From: Epiperipatus broadwayi
Lineage: Eukaryota > Animalia > Onychophora
Direction: 5' to 3'
Assembly (NCBI GenBank): GCA_028023455.1
Contig: JAQFVV010000002.1
Span: 9,052,001 to 9,116,000, forward strand
DNA length: 64,000 nucleotides
Positions 25,489 through 40,100 of the stretch are shown here, in pieces. Numbering within the stretch: position 1 is the first letter of the stretch; each line of letters starts with the position of its first letter. Made by a program: the position numbers and the translations under genes. The notes below the pieces were generated by a model that was not told the origin of the DNA, searched no databases, and saw only the letters and a program-made list of their open reading frames with translations.

Positions 25489-28400
25489 TTAAGTGTTGCT
25501 TCAAATAGGATTAACTTCCTACTGATATGAAATATCTTGTTTTAATATCTATTGGAAAATAATAAATGTAAATAAAAAGCAATATCATGACAATAAAAAT
25601 GTAGTAAAAAATAAATTAAATTAAATTTAAAAAATAACTCTCTGTAGAAACAACAGCAAATTTCAACTCTTGAAAGCAGATATAAAAAATTATATTGGTA
25701 ATTCTTAAAAATAAACATAAATTTAGTAAGCAAGATGTGATTGATTGTATAATATAATGTACAATTGATATTACCTATGAGTCATCCAAAGTACATATGA
25801 AATGGTTGATTTAATTTTTAGAAGTAAATTCTAAAATACAATACTCAATATTCAAAAATTGAAAAAACAACAATAGTTTGATTTAAAAAAATTCCCAGTA
25901 AGTTATTAATGTATTCTCATGAAATATAACAAATTCATTTTTTAAGAAATAAAAAAATATATAAAATGAATAATGAGAACATGAGCCAGAAATCTAGTCT
26001 GATTAAACTGAAAAAGTTATTGAAGCTCTTGATAAAATATACTATTCTCACATTAATATGTCTAGATTGAGTAAGGTCACATGTAGCAATCATATTTTAA
26101 TATTTCTAAATAAATTTTTCCTGTGGCATTTTGCTGCAAAATAGAGTAACTTTTTTCAAAGAATTCTGCTTCTTAAATTAAAATTTTGTAAATAGCAAAG
26201 TAAAATATATTTTTAAACAAATAGTCAAATGTAGTGTGACTTTAATCACAGAAAAATATTTCTTGATTAAAGTTTTTACCTATCATATTTTAAATAGATC
26301 TTTTTTTTAAAAAAAAAATTTGTTTCTCAATTAATCAAGACAGTCTTAATATATAGTCAAAATATATTTTTAATATATTTTTATTATATAAAGATTGAAG
26401 ACAACATACTATTTTAAAATTGATTTCAATTAAATTCTTATAAGCATATTGTAAAAATTTTATAACATTTTTATTCATGGTTAGTACATTTTTAACACAT
26501 CATATAAATTAATTAAAAGTAATAAAACATCTATTTAGAGTATTATTTCATTATTATTAATCCATTTTATCAATTTCTTATAACAAAATCTACATAAATT
26601 ATAACTAAGTAAATATTAGTTAATAACCCGGTGTCTATATAGATAAACGGTAAAATAAAAATCCATTTTCAAAAATTCCGTAGATCAAAGATCCTTCCAA
26701 CAGTTATCCAAAAAAAAAAGAAGAAAAGGCTTTTCTATTAAACTTTTAGTTCCCAGATGTTTTATTTTACCTGTTTTATTCTCTAGTTATGATTACTTAG
26801 ATATCCATTTTTTAATCAGTAATTAGATCAGAAAAACTTCTTAAGTTTAACTGCCTTAATTGACTTTAAGTCATAGACATGCTAGAAAGATGTTCCAATT
26901 ATTATACTATGAGACTCTTTATTTAGCTATATATAGGTATATATTTTATCTCATTATTTCATCTGCTTAAAAACAAATTTTGCATACAAAGTTACTCTAG
27001 ATTATTTCAAAAAAATTATTGATTAAAAAATAAGTAAGTTCAAAGATAAATCTCTTTAATATAAATAACAATTATAGAAAAAAAAAAGTGCATTATAACA
27101 TACTGAGATCTTTATATAATATAACTCAAAAACTGTAAAAATTTTATTGCCTTTGTTTTTATGGTTAAGAAAATATATTAATCATTATCATTGGTTAAAT
27201 AGCAAATAATATAATCAATATCAAGTCCAAAAGTCTCTCAGATTAATTCTTAAGAGGAAATATAATTTTATAAAGGATTTAAAAATGTCTTTGCAAGTAG
27301 ATTTTTTAATCAACATATATAAAAATATGTACTTGTATTTCGGCATTGTTATTATTTGGAAAAAGTGCTATTGAATTGTATAAACAAATAAATATATACA
27401 CATATATAAGATAAATTTTTTATAAAAAAAATACATAATAGAATAGTAAATCTGACATTATAACACAAAATATTTTAAAAGCAAATGATTACATTTAAGA
27501 TTACATTTTACTTAAGATGTAGAACAAACAGTTTTTTATATTTTGTGTGCATGCATGAAAGATTATATACTTTAAATTTGACAAAATTGATTTTAATTTT
27601 GATAGTATATTTATTTGATAGTATAATTTAATTTAAAAAGGTCAATTTAAATTTAATTGGGGTAAATCTCAGAAACTTTCAGGTTTTATAATTTATTTGG
27701 GTTGTTTTCTCATCTTTGGTGTTCGCCGCGGGATGGCGTTGATGCTAATCAACAACATATACATATAACAATTCCAGGGCCGGATCTGTGTGATTGATTT
27801 GATATAAAAAGATCAGATTTATTAGATTTCTAATAAAACATTCTAGTAACTAATACTATTATATGATGTTAGTCTTTCATTTTTGTAAATTTTTATTAAT
27901 ATTATATTGTTTTTTAGTTTGTGTGTGTGTCTTTAAAGTTACGGTGTTTTTTTTCTAATTTTTTTTTTTGACCTTATGTGTGTCTTTTTAAAGTTACGAT
28001 ACTTTTTTTCAAGAGTAAATCAATCATTTTATTAAAAAGCAATACATAATTTTAAATCTATAAAAGTAATGTAATTTAGACAACATTTACTATTATGATT
28101 TTGTGTGTTTTAAGGATACACACACATCACTACAAATGGAAAAGAATTCACGCCAACAATTCAAAAGGAAAATAAACCCAAATATTTAATTAAAGGATTC
28201 TATGTTAAGTTCGAAGACTAACAAATATTCTTTGAACTTGGGGGAAGTATTGTTATGTAAGTGTATAATTAAAATACACACAAAATTATAATAGTAAATG
28301 TTGTAAATGGGGCTTTAATATTGAATCATATGTACTTGTATCAATTGTCGCATACACATATGCAAGTTATATATATATACGTGAAGATAAAACAAAAAAA

Positions 28401-29994
28401 ATACTTTGTTAATTTAAAATCATCTTGGACTTTAATAGCTGTGTTATTTTGTAAAACAGCAAAAAGAAAACATCCTTTGAGATAGGAAGGTTAATTAACC
28501 AAGGAACTTTGCAGATCAACAAGATGAATAATTAATTAAAAAAGTAATTGGGCTGCAAAAGGGGTAAGCCTAAATCTGCTTCTGCAAGTAAACTGGGAGG
28601 GATTGATCCGACCACGACGGACGGATGGACAATATTTGACCAATCAAATCCAGAAATATTCAGAACTGGCGAAATGAGTGCAAGTGTAAAGCATCAGCAA
28701 ACTGGGAGTTCTACCTGATGCAGATGAACTGTGAAAGGTGCTGAACGTCGCTTATTTAACATGGTAGCAGACTGCTGGCCTTCGAACGTCCAAGAGTCAG
28801 CATAATAGGGACTATAAAGTAGGTCGCATAGATCTGTATTCTTCTTATTTTGGTATACCTTCAGATTTTGTTGATCTAATTGATTGTTTTAATGTATTCG
28901 TGTAAATATGTAGATATTAGTGTATTGTAATTAAATCTTCTGCTTTTCTTATTCTACCAGCATTAGTCTCAGGGATTAGGATTTTTGTATGCATATATAG
29001 GCATGGCAAGGTTGGCTTACTGCATAGATTGTTCACCAGTAAGTATTATATAGAACTGGCGGACATAACAGATCTTTATTAGCATGAATTCGCATTTCCT
29101 CACCACAGAGACACTTTTTCTGTTTCAACAGGATATTTTTATTTTTGCAAATATGCCACAGCGCTGGCTTCAATTGATAGCAATTTGCCTGGTGGTGGCC
29201 ATCTTACTTGTTCTTGAATGAATTCTTGCGAGAACATTATTTGTCGTGTGATTGTCAAATAAATGCTGGCGTGTACCCTTTCAAATAACCTTTTGAGGGT
29301 TACACATTCCTTATGGAAGCTTCACGTCATTATTAATAAACTTACAACACTAAAGTAAGTTACATCACATTAAAAAAAAATATGTCTAATCAAATGTTAA
29401 AAAACTATGACTGGCTCAAATACACACACTCTCACACCAATCTACAGAGATAATAGATATTCGAAGATTACGAGAAAATGAATAATAAAATCAACTATGG
29501 CAGCCAATAAAGGCATTTCTCTTTGCTTTTAGCATAAAAAAAAAAGCCATAACCAGTAGCCATTGTCGGGAACTCTTTTTGTGTTTTATAATAGAAAGAA
29601 GTCTCTTTGTGTTGGCTTCTGTCACTGCCCAACATAACGTGAGAACTCTTTTTCTGCATTTATAGCGTAGAAAATTTCCTCGTTTGTTGGGTGACTGCCA
29701 GTGAAATAGTATATTTCTAGGAATTTACCTAGAAATAGCGACATCTCGAAGTGAACACCAGGGATAAGAAAACAACCTTTATTTGTTTTAAATAAATGAT
29801 TGTGAAATTATTTTAAACCTAGAAACAAAATGAAGTGATTAAAAACTTTGAAATTATTATTAGTATTTTTTGTCTTTCTCTTTATATTGAACTTGTCGAT
29901 AAAAATTACCATATTAATTCAAAACCAGACAGTGTCTTTAGTCTGAATTTTTAATAACCTTGACAATTTACCCAAATTTTCCCTGAAAAATAAG

Positions 29995-31315
29995 GAAACA
30001 TCAGTGCATAATGGGAAATATGAAATAATCTAGACATCATCTGATCAACAGGTATAAATACTAATGCTTAAAAAAACTTGCCAGTCTTCACAAAATTTTA
30101 TTGTATTCAAAACCTAAGCTGCTTAAAACTTTAAAATAGCCATTTTATTTTGCTTCATCATCATGGATGAATAGACAAACCAGTCTAAGCATTTTGTCTT
30201 TGCTTGGCAAAAATGTCTTCTTCTCATTGGACAAGGAAAAAAGTACACAACAACAAATAGACAAGCAATTATTACTGATTATTATTTCAAGAAGAGATTA
30301 TTGAAGTCAACTGATAATGGAAATTTGATAAATTTGTTCATGGAATACTGTTTAATGACTTCAATGAAATTGCTAATCTTTTTATTTTAAAATAATGGCA
30401 AATAGCTGATATATTTATAAAATTATGTCTATCAAACTACTGAAATAATGATTAAATAACTTTTTTCTTCACTTCAAAAAGTGTGAATATTTTGTCTCAA
30501 TGTTATAAATTATCTTATCATAAATTATTGAAAGAAAAACTTAATGTAATAATTTTCAACTCAAATATATCATCATAAACTTCAATGCATGCCTGGTCAA
30601 CTGTTAAATTTTAATTAAAATCAGTGGAATCAACATGTTTATGAATTAGAGATTATTTGCTTGGTCATTTATAATATATATGACCTGAACTATTTGGCTT
30701 ATAAGTATTAATATCTATAAACTCATGAATTAATAAAATCCTTCAAATAAAAGAAGTGCTGAATGCTAATCCTTTGGATATAAAGTTATAATGTGTTTAA
30801 AAATGGATTAAATTGCTTTGTATATTATGATTCAACTCCAATGCTTTGAGAAATAGATAATGAATTACAAATTACAAATATGTTAAGATCACTTATGAAT
30901 TATAAATTTCAATTATTTAATATCACTATTGGATTATGAATTATAAATGCATATATCAAATATTATAAAAGTCTAATTTATCAACAAGTTTTAAAATGGA
31001 TTAATGTGTTAAATATAACTCACATTGGATTAATAAATGTGTTTAATGGAATTTATTAATCTTGATATTACATTTGAATAATGATTAAATTATAAAAAGA
31101 AATTCAATTGTGCTTAATATCATCTTTGATCCTTTTATTAAAAATATTTCCATGAATTCCTAAAAACATTGGAATACTATATATGTATTAATATTTCATT
31201 GGGATAAATTTTTATCACTATAATGGTTGGAGCATAAATCTATAGATTAATTAGTGAACTTTATTATAATTGCTTCTTATTTAGTTAGTTAGTTGTTGTT
31301 GTTATTATTACGTTT
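29995..31315 (+). mobile_element. Decayed gypsy-like pol segment, copy 2 (RT end to integrase N-terminus)
   Basis: Translates to LHFKKCEYFVS (RT end-like), LNITHIGL (integrase H-x-G-like) and PW-IPKxHWNTIYV...FIG (integrase PWxxPxxPWxRIHxD-like). Homologous to 17950-19270. Confidence 0.55.
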
Positions 31316-31499
31316 CAATAATAATCTTTATTAATCCTTTGGGTTACATGGCATTACATAACATTGATTGTAAGGGTTACAGGTACAAATATGGTGTCAT
31401 ATTAAAAGTTATTTACAGTCAGTAAATTAATATTGATTATTTTTCTTTTAATTGTTAATCTTGTAGTCTACTAGGGTGGCAACTTATAAATTGTGTAGC

Positions 31500-32570
31500 A
31501 CAAAATAAAGCTATAGGTGCTATGCAAAAATTCAGAATAAAAATTCCAAGTGGTAACAGCCAGCAGAATGTGATAGATGGAGAGCAAATTCTGGAGTCCA
31601 GTGGTGGATGGAGTTGAAGGTAGTTAGTGAAGAGGTTTTATTGAGAGTAATAGATGGTACCATTGAATGCTATTCAGTGAGGTTATAGTTGGATTATGAC
31701 TATTATAGATTGGGTAGTTGTTTTAGTAGTGACCAGGTGGCAGCAAAAATATCTGGGGGGTGCAGTATTATTGTCCCAGGTCTTGATTTGTTGGAGCTTA
31801 TTGATGAATGTAGCTGAATGTCTTCTGATATTATTGCCAATAGTGAAGATGCAGTGAGTGTGTCAGAATGCGTACAGGATGAAAGTTGTCACACATGCTG
31901 TGGGAGGGTGTATTTTCTGATAGGATTGAATTAGCCATTGTAAAGATGCAATTGGTTGTCTATATGTATTTAGCATGATAGTCCTGATTTGGTTGAAGGC
32001 TTGCCACTGCTGACAGATGTCATTGAGTTTCCTCTACCATATTACATAGAGTGCAGAATAGATTTATATTTTTGTAAAGATGGTAATACTTGAGAAAATA
32101 CAATGTTGGAAATGCATGTAGGTTAAAACAAACTCGGAAATTGAAAAATTTAGGCTCCAGGGACCATCTTTTGAAGAAGCAGAATAGCTAACAGTTACTG
32201 ATACCAAGCATGAAAGAGGGATAATCTTTGTTGGCCTCCAGATATAGTACAGCATATGTTTGTCAGTACATATATTTATTAGTCATGGGGAGTGTTGATC
32301 AGTTGGATGCTGGTAGGATTGATTGGTAAAGTGTGGTTAGAAATGTAGCTGATATAGTAGGAGGTCTAGCAATAGGAATCACTTGTAATAGCGATCATAG
32401 TGCTGGGAACTTTTGAAGAATTGATGCAATTGAATTTATGGCTTTTTGGATATAGAATACTTGGGTACAGTGGAGGCTCGACCATTATCAATGGGTGGGC
32501 AACTAAATCTCTTAGCTGAGATTGAAACTGTCTTTCTACCTCATAGTAGCTTATTGCAAAGGGAGGAGAT
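31500..32570 (-). mobile_element. Unclassified decayed C-rich retroelement-like segment
   Basis: Higher GC, strand-skewed composition like the Tx1 element, and patchy open frames. No decisive motif. Confidence 0.3.
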
Positions 32571-34899
32571 GGCAGAATTAAACGATTTTGAAAATTTAAT
32601 AATAGGCAAATAATATGTAATCTTAGTCATTATGAGTATCCTAAATAGGTAAATTTTACATCTTCAAATTTAAAAAGTGTTTTTGCTTGTATCTAAATTT
32701 TTTACAATATTTCACTTAAGTATAAGAGTTCTTAATGAGTTTAGCAATTACAAATTTCATTTAGTATTGACAATTGAATATCCTAATGAAATCTTGAAGA
32801 AATTTTTATCAAGTTCATTCAGTAATAAAAAGCATTCTGTAGTATGTTTATTTGACCAATTAAAAAAGTTATATTATTGATGCTGAATGAAAAAAAAAAT
32901 ATGATAAACTTGAGTATAGCTTTCATGGGAGAAATACAGTCTATTTGCATTATAAAGCTTAACTCAAAGATTAAAAAAAAAAAAAACATTGCAATATTGC
33001 TAGTTTTCTTTGGGGCATAATCAATAATAGGCTACAATTAGGCAAGGTATTGAAGTTTTTTAATAAGTGTTTTTTGCTGAAGTTAAAAGACAGTAGCACA
33101 AAATAATTTTTGTAATCAATATGTTAATTTATTTGTAGTTTATAGATTGGCTTTTATAGTTATTTAAAAGCATACCTATAATTCTTTTTAGTTATAAACT
33201 TTGATTTTTTTTCTTTTCCTGAATTTAGAATAATCATATTAATTTACAAATGACTGATAATGAAAAATATCAGTAATAAGGCTTAGAGATGTAAACAAGT
33301 GCATATTATTTTTATTCACATATTTTTCTTTGAATAGAAGAAGTATTTCTTTACTATAATTTTGTGTGTCAACAGAAACTATAATGAAAAGATATTGAAG
33401 TATACATTCAGTTTTACCAAAGAATTTAATTCACAGAAGATGATCAATGGACATAATAATTTTTTTGTTACATTTTGTGGATGTAATAAAATCTTGCAAT
33501 GTTTCAATTACTAAAGTAGTTATTTATATAATTAAAGATTTTTGAACAAATGTCCTTATTTAATTGATTGATAAAAATGATTGCAATTTTATTATTACTA
33601 TTACCTGTTTTAGAAGATGTGATTACTATATTACTGACAAAGTGAAATTTAACAAAGTACATTTTCTTTTTTTATCCAGCAGGAGTTAGGAATTCAACTT
33701 TATATCAGCATTTATATCAAATCATTAACTCATAAAAATTCATTTGGTCCCTGATAACTGTAGTGAATACATTTTGAACATTTTACAATCAGAGGAAGAT
33801 TTTAAAATATATAAAAGATAATGGCTAAGGATGGGATATAGAATCCTAGCAGAATGGCAGTTTCCCACTAATGGTGAAGGCTTCAATGTTTTACAATTGG
33901 ATTTTTATTTTAATATACACTCATTTATTTATTCAAATTCCTGTTAATTTTAGATTTTGTATTATATATATTCTTTTGAACAGTTTAATAATAAAACCAT
34001 CTTTTGAAATATAAAAAATATATTTTTTCTAAATCTTATTATAAGTAAAAAAATTTTTTATTGATTTTGGTATTATAATTCTCAATATCATATTTGATTT
34101 GGCCTTGACATAAATCTTGTTTACGATTCTATGAATGCTTTTAATTTCTCAGTTCAGCTAGAGTTAAAAAAATAAAAAATTTATCTAATAATAGAATATA
34201 TAATATTTATTTTTTAATGAAAGATTGATTATGTAGCAAAAATATGAAAAATGTCTTTTTAAAAGTTATTTTATCTTATTTTCAGTGTTATTAGCACGAT
34301 GATAGAACAAAATGATGATATATTTAACAACTAATTTTATTTAAAAAAATTTAAAGAAAGGAAGCAACATTGATCATATTATAATATCCAAAGATTTTTT
34401 AAAATATATTTTTCGTAGGTAATATAATGTGAAAACAATTTTATGAAAATAATAATGAAAGTATGTTTCAAGTCTTACTTTATATAATATCATTTTTAAC
34501 TTAACATAAAAATAAGTATATGAAAAAACAAATAATAGTTATTGTTTTTGAATTAACATAGGGAATAAGTGTAACCATAATTTTATATTTTAAAGGATTT
34601 TATTGCTTAAATGTTATATCATTTTTCCGTTTATAAAACTTATTTAGGATGCCAATAGAACCTGCAACAGCCTTATAATTAATGATATATGGTATTATAT
34701 ATAATAGTATATATTGCATATTTACAAAAATAAGAAAAACAATATTATCATTAATAGTGCTTCTGATAATTGGAGATAGAATGCTAGTGTCTCAAATGCT
34801 AAGGACCAGGTATTAGAGTAAATATTGTATCAAAATCTTTTCATTCCTTGCAAAGTATTTTGGTGTTTCCTAGAATTGTTATTATATATAAAAATGCAT

Positions 34900-35700
34900 C
34901 TGGTGCATCAAAATGCATATAGAATAAATGTCAAATCCCTAATTTCAGTGAATACTTCCTTTGAAAATGATTTAAATAAGGTTTATATATTTCAAATAGG
35001 AGTTTGAAATAGAATTATTTTCAAAGAAGCGACATTTAAAAAATAAGTGAAATTGAGTCTTTATATCTTTATAACAGAGTCAACATTAAGAATCAACATT
35101 TGCATGGTATCTTTTATATTTTTAAAAATGTAGCACTGGTAATGATTGTAAAATTTATTTTAATAAAATATTTGGTTCAAGAGACCAGTGCTTGAATTTG
35201 TAATCAACTGATTATTATTTACATTTAGAATAGTCTGCACAATATTATTTGAAGATAGGTATAGTACAGTATTGGTATCTGTTCTCAGGCAGAAAAAAAT
35301 TTAAGTTATCACCAGCTAGTAGTGAATAAAGGAAGAGATTTTAAGAAACCAATCATAGGTGGTGGCTTGCCTGTTAGATTAATCTTAAATATAATTTCCA
35401 AATTTTGTAAAAAAAAATTGCACATGAAGATATTAGGTTTATAGTTTTTGAAATTTGAATGACATATATTGAGTGAAGCCCTAACCTACTTTGTATTAGA
35501 GGTTTTTGTAGTTATTTGAGATAGAGGCTATTTTCTCTCCCCAGAGCAATTTCTTGCAAATAGTATATATGCAAGATGAAAAGGCTTGTATATATATAAT
35601 TTTTAGTGAATAGCAAGATATTCTTATCATTATTAGTAGATTAAATAATGATAATTTTGCATGTAGAAATAGATATGACTTTTCAAGAGAAATGATCAGG
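34900..35700 (+). pseudogene. Possible highly decayed piggyBac-type transposase
   Basis: Weak motif-order resemblance only (YSIGICSQAEKNL vs GIxAxGTxRxNR). Confidence 0.2.
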
Positions 35701-35949
35701 TGTTCAGTTTTCTCTTTAAAGTTTTCTTGTTTTTCTGATGACATTCTTATGTTACTTAGATGAAAAAAAAAACCTGAAATAGGTATTCCTTCAAATAATT
35801 CATTATATCTTTTTCCTTTATGAATAAACCAAACACATGATTTTATTATAAATAATAATTTGTATTTCTTTGTATATTTATTAAAGATATCTATTAAAAT
35901 AAAAAATTGTTGTTTTTTTATCTAAAAAAACTGATATATCATTCATGTA

Positions 35950-37100
35950 GGCTATGTATTATATATTTTCTTTTATTTCTGGTATATATATTCCAGGTAA
36001 TTTTTTATATGCTTCTTAATGAAGGATCTATATATAAGATGAATAACAAGGCACTAAGATCTGCCAATCTGTCAATGAATAGGTTAACTGGGATCATATC
36101 AAAAGAGATTTGATATCATGTTGGACTATTATTGGACTGTATTTTCCATTCTTTCTCACACTTAACCAGTTGATGAACCCTTTGTTGCAAATTGCATTTT
36201 TGATAATGTAGGTAAAATATATTAAAACAGGCAAAACTTTTCATACAGTAGTGCTACTGAGTGAAAGCCAGAGTAATCAATGGATGCCAGAAGGCTTGTG
36301 CATAAAATCCCTATCTAGTGCCTACTCATCCAATATCCCCAGACTAGTTTCTAGCTTGTGGCTTTTATCAGTGAGGAGCCTTGGATCTGAGTGCACTGCA
36401 CCTAGATCTTAGGATCTAATGCAACCCTCCAACAGCTACCTTTATCTCTATGTAACTACAAATCTAAGAGAATAAAATTGAAAATACAATAAATATTTTC
36501 AATCCAAGCTCAATAGCTTATATAATCATATAGGGTTGAATTAGATCCTAAGATAGGTGCAGTGCTCTCAGATCCAAGGTTCCTCACTGACAAAAGCCAC
36601 AAGCTAGAAACTAGTCGGAGAATATTGGATGAATAGGCACTAGATAGGGATTTTATGAAAGCATTCTGGCATATATTGATTACTCTGGCTTGCACTGAAT
36701 GGCACTACTGTATGGAGAGGTTTGCCTGTTCTAATAACAGTTATGAGTAAGCATAAGAAATGGTGATCATGTGATGTTTAGATAAAATATATTGTTCTAG
36801 TTTATTTTTAACTACTGATTCTAAAATTTTTATTCCTAGTGGGCTCATTGATATAGGATGCAAGTTTGTCAATTCAGTTATTTTTTCTAATGTTTTTAGT
36901 ATTAGACCAAGTAATATTGGATATAGACTATGTTGATGGTATACCTCTTTAGATAAGAAGTTCATTAACTCTGATAGTAGTTTACCTGTAAATTGGCTTA
37001 AAAGAGCATAGATCGAATACCTTGCATATCTGAATGACATGAGCTTGACATTGAAGCAATTTTTTGTATAAATTCACTTGTGTAAAAATAATGTCAACAT
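35950..37100 (-). pseudogene. LINE reverse transcriptase remnant interrupted by foldback element B
   Basis: TNLHPISMSPLGIKILESVVKNKLEQYIL (ORF 36741-37040) continues on the other side of B as ...PTLSKMQFATKGSST, followed by a DxKxxFD-like segment. Confidence 0.65.
36224..36778. mobile_element. Foldback element B: ~205-bp arms, ~100-bp spacer, tail to 36778, 15-bp TSD, hammerhead motif in each arm
   Basis: TAGGTAAAATATATT (36209-36223) / TAGATAAAATATATT (36779-36793). Hammerhead-like motifs lie at 36336-36377 (minus; CTGATAA-AAGCCACAAGCTA-GAAA-CTAGTC-TGGGGA) and 36581-36621 (plus). Confidence 0.85.
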
Positions 37101-40100
37101 TGGTGTTTCAAAATAATGACTAGAGAAAAAAATTTTTTATGTTTTTATAATGTAAGTAGATGGGTTTTAGCATGATGTATCCAGAGATGATATTTTCTTG
37201 AATTTTAATTAAAGCAGAAATCCTATTTATAGAGGATTAACCTAAAGCACAATGAATGTAAAACCATACATGAGGTTTGTTCATATATATATATATATTT
37301 AAATTGCAAGAGATTCTCTTAATGATTTAAAGGCAGATCTATACACTTTTTTAGAGTAATAACTCTGGTAGATTCATTTTGTGTATATTTAAATTGAATT
37401 ATTCTTTTGTGTAAATCATCAGATAATTATAATAGTTTAGATGGAGAAAGTTTATTCTGAGTGATAGTACCATTGGTTAAAGAAGTTATTTTACAAATGC
37501 ATTCTAACTTTGAACAGGGTCCACTATTAAATCTTGAATTTTAAATAGAAATATATATATATATCTCAGAGAAAAAGAATTATGGTAGTTGACTTGGAAA
37601 AAATATCCATACCATTCTTTGATTTGAAATTATCATTTTATGAGTAAAACCAAATTTTAGAGAAAACATTAATGCTAAATGATTTGAAAAAAGAAAAATT
37701 TATATGAGAAAGACTGATATTGTGATGAAGCATTAGTGAATAAAAACTAGATCTATTAATGATGAGTGTCTGCTATTGTTAAATGAAATTGAGTTATTAG
37801 ATAATAGTCCTTTGGCACTCATTAATGTGAAGTTTATTGCATGAATCCATTTTGTGGTAAAATTATTATAAATCAAATTATTATAAATCATATTGAAATC
37901 CCCTAATAGTAGTACAGGATGAAAAGATGAAGAGAAAAAGGAATTTAATGTATCAGCCTATTTACCATAGTTGGCCCTGGAGGTAAATATACAAATCTAT
38001 ACTGAGTATTATAGCTTGATGTTGTAAAGTAATTATTAAGATATAAAAGTGAATATAAATAATTTTAGAAAAAGTTAAATGGGATTGCTTTATTAATGAT
38101 AACCCTAGTACCTACCAATGAAGTTAAGGAAGTTCTTGAGAATAAAGAGCAACCTGAAATGTACAATTAATTAGATAGATCTAACTGTGAATTACTGTAT
38201 ATTTTTGTCACATGAAGACAGAGTATATGTTATTTAAAGATATTCCATTTAGTAAGGCTGCAAATTTTTTTTATACAATTTAAGTGTCTGATATTAAAAA
38301 TATTGAGTTTTAATTAGCATGTTAAATTATTAAATAAACTAAAAAGTTGAGTATCAAGATAGTTGAAATATATTAATAAATAGTCAAAAAAATAAATAAT
38401 CTTAATTTACTGTAAAAATTTAGATCAGCTGTCAATGTGATGTCTATCATGATTATTGATTTATCATTATTTCTAAGAAGATAAATCTATCTAGTGCCAG
38501 TTCAGAAACATTATCTGCAATTATGTTGCATTAAGATCAGTCATAACATGACTTATTTACTTCATTGATAGTAGATGTATTTTCATCTACTGATAATTCT
38601 TTATCCATGTCTTAGAATATTAACTTTTATTGTTCTTTATTTTTTACCTTCCCTAATTGAGGAATCTTCATTTTCATTTCATTCATAATCAGAGATATTT
38701 TTCTCCAACTGCTTTTGTTGTCAGAATAATTTGGTTTTTGTTTGGTGGTATGGAAATTGTGTCTATTTTTATTTTTGTAAGATTTATATTTGTTATATCC
38801 ATTATTTTAGGAGAAGTTTTATTAAATAATACATTCTGTGGACTTGGCTGTAATTGATCTTTGTTTATATTTATGCATTGTATTTTTTTTTATTTATACC
38901 TTTCTGCAAATTAATATATTCCGATTTAACATGCAGAAATTTCAAGATTATTGTCTTCCATCAAAATTTTTGACTACCAATAGTATTTGCTTTATCAATT
39001 AAATGTGATTTTGGCTTATTAAAACAATTTATAATTGTATCCTTTTTAGAACATTGATGTAATTGAGTCACTATAATATTATACTGCTGACAATGTATTT
39101 TGGGGCATACACTAATTATATGACCTCATTCCTTACAGTGAAAACATTGAGGTTTAAGCCCTCAAATTATTAACAAAAGAGTCTCTTGATCACTCACTTG
39201 GGTTTGAATATTATTGTGGTCTATGACTTTTTGTAATCTTACTGTATTACCATAAACTGGAACTGGCTTATTCTTTAGATAGATTGGTTGAAAACCTACT
39301 ATACACTAAATATAGTTGACTAAAGTCAATAATATACTTTAAATTAAACCTAGCTCAATATATATGTAGACAAAGGAAGTAAACCTTTTTCATGCTATGG
39401 CTTAAAAGCACTCTAAATGTCGAACTAAGGATCAAGAATAGAATAAACCCCAATAAATCCATCTATTCTTGGTAGCTCTGATATTATAAGAATACATTTG
39501 TCAAGGAATGTTGGTAATTCAGAGTGAAAATTAATTTATCAAGCAGATGGAATATGGCACTAAAGAGTTATAATAACTAATAATTAATTATACATGGTTG
39601 GAGATAGCATCTCATTTTTAACACTTTGATTGTAATAGTTCATTCTATTCTTGATTCTTAATTCAACATTTATAGTGCACTTAAGTGGGGTAGGGTCATT
39701 GAAGGCATTAATGGTATGATTTAAATATTCATTTTTTTTTTAAATAAACCTGTAATATAGTTTTCCCTATGTTCATTCACTTTGATAAGAGCATTATTGT
39801 CAAGAATTATAATTTCCCTTGGGTTGAGATGCTTAGTTATTCTGAAAATTGAGTTCCACCTATTACAAGTGATGTTTAGTGATTTAAGAACTTAAAGTAT
39901 TATATAGTAACTCTTTTGGAAATTGAAACAATGAATAATTTTTGTTGGTAATAGCAAGAATCACTAAATGATCAATAAAAAATTGCTTTTTAATTGAAAA
40001 AAATGTCTCATAATGGATGATGACTTCAATCTTTCAAATATATTTTTAATATTTTTTCTGATCAATCTTCCTATGTATCTAAAATGTCTGATTCAGAATT

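Noticed and set aside
30800-31150. F-box/LRR-like repeats (ITHIGL)
   Set aside because: Context and the homologous copy at 18 kb fit a gypsy integrase N-terminus better.
34270-35410. Small spliced exons of a host gene (AG/GT-bounded segments)
   Set aside because: Frames are inconsistent and no protein is recognisable; such sites are expected by chance in AT-rich DNA.
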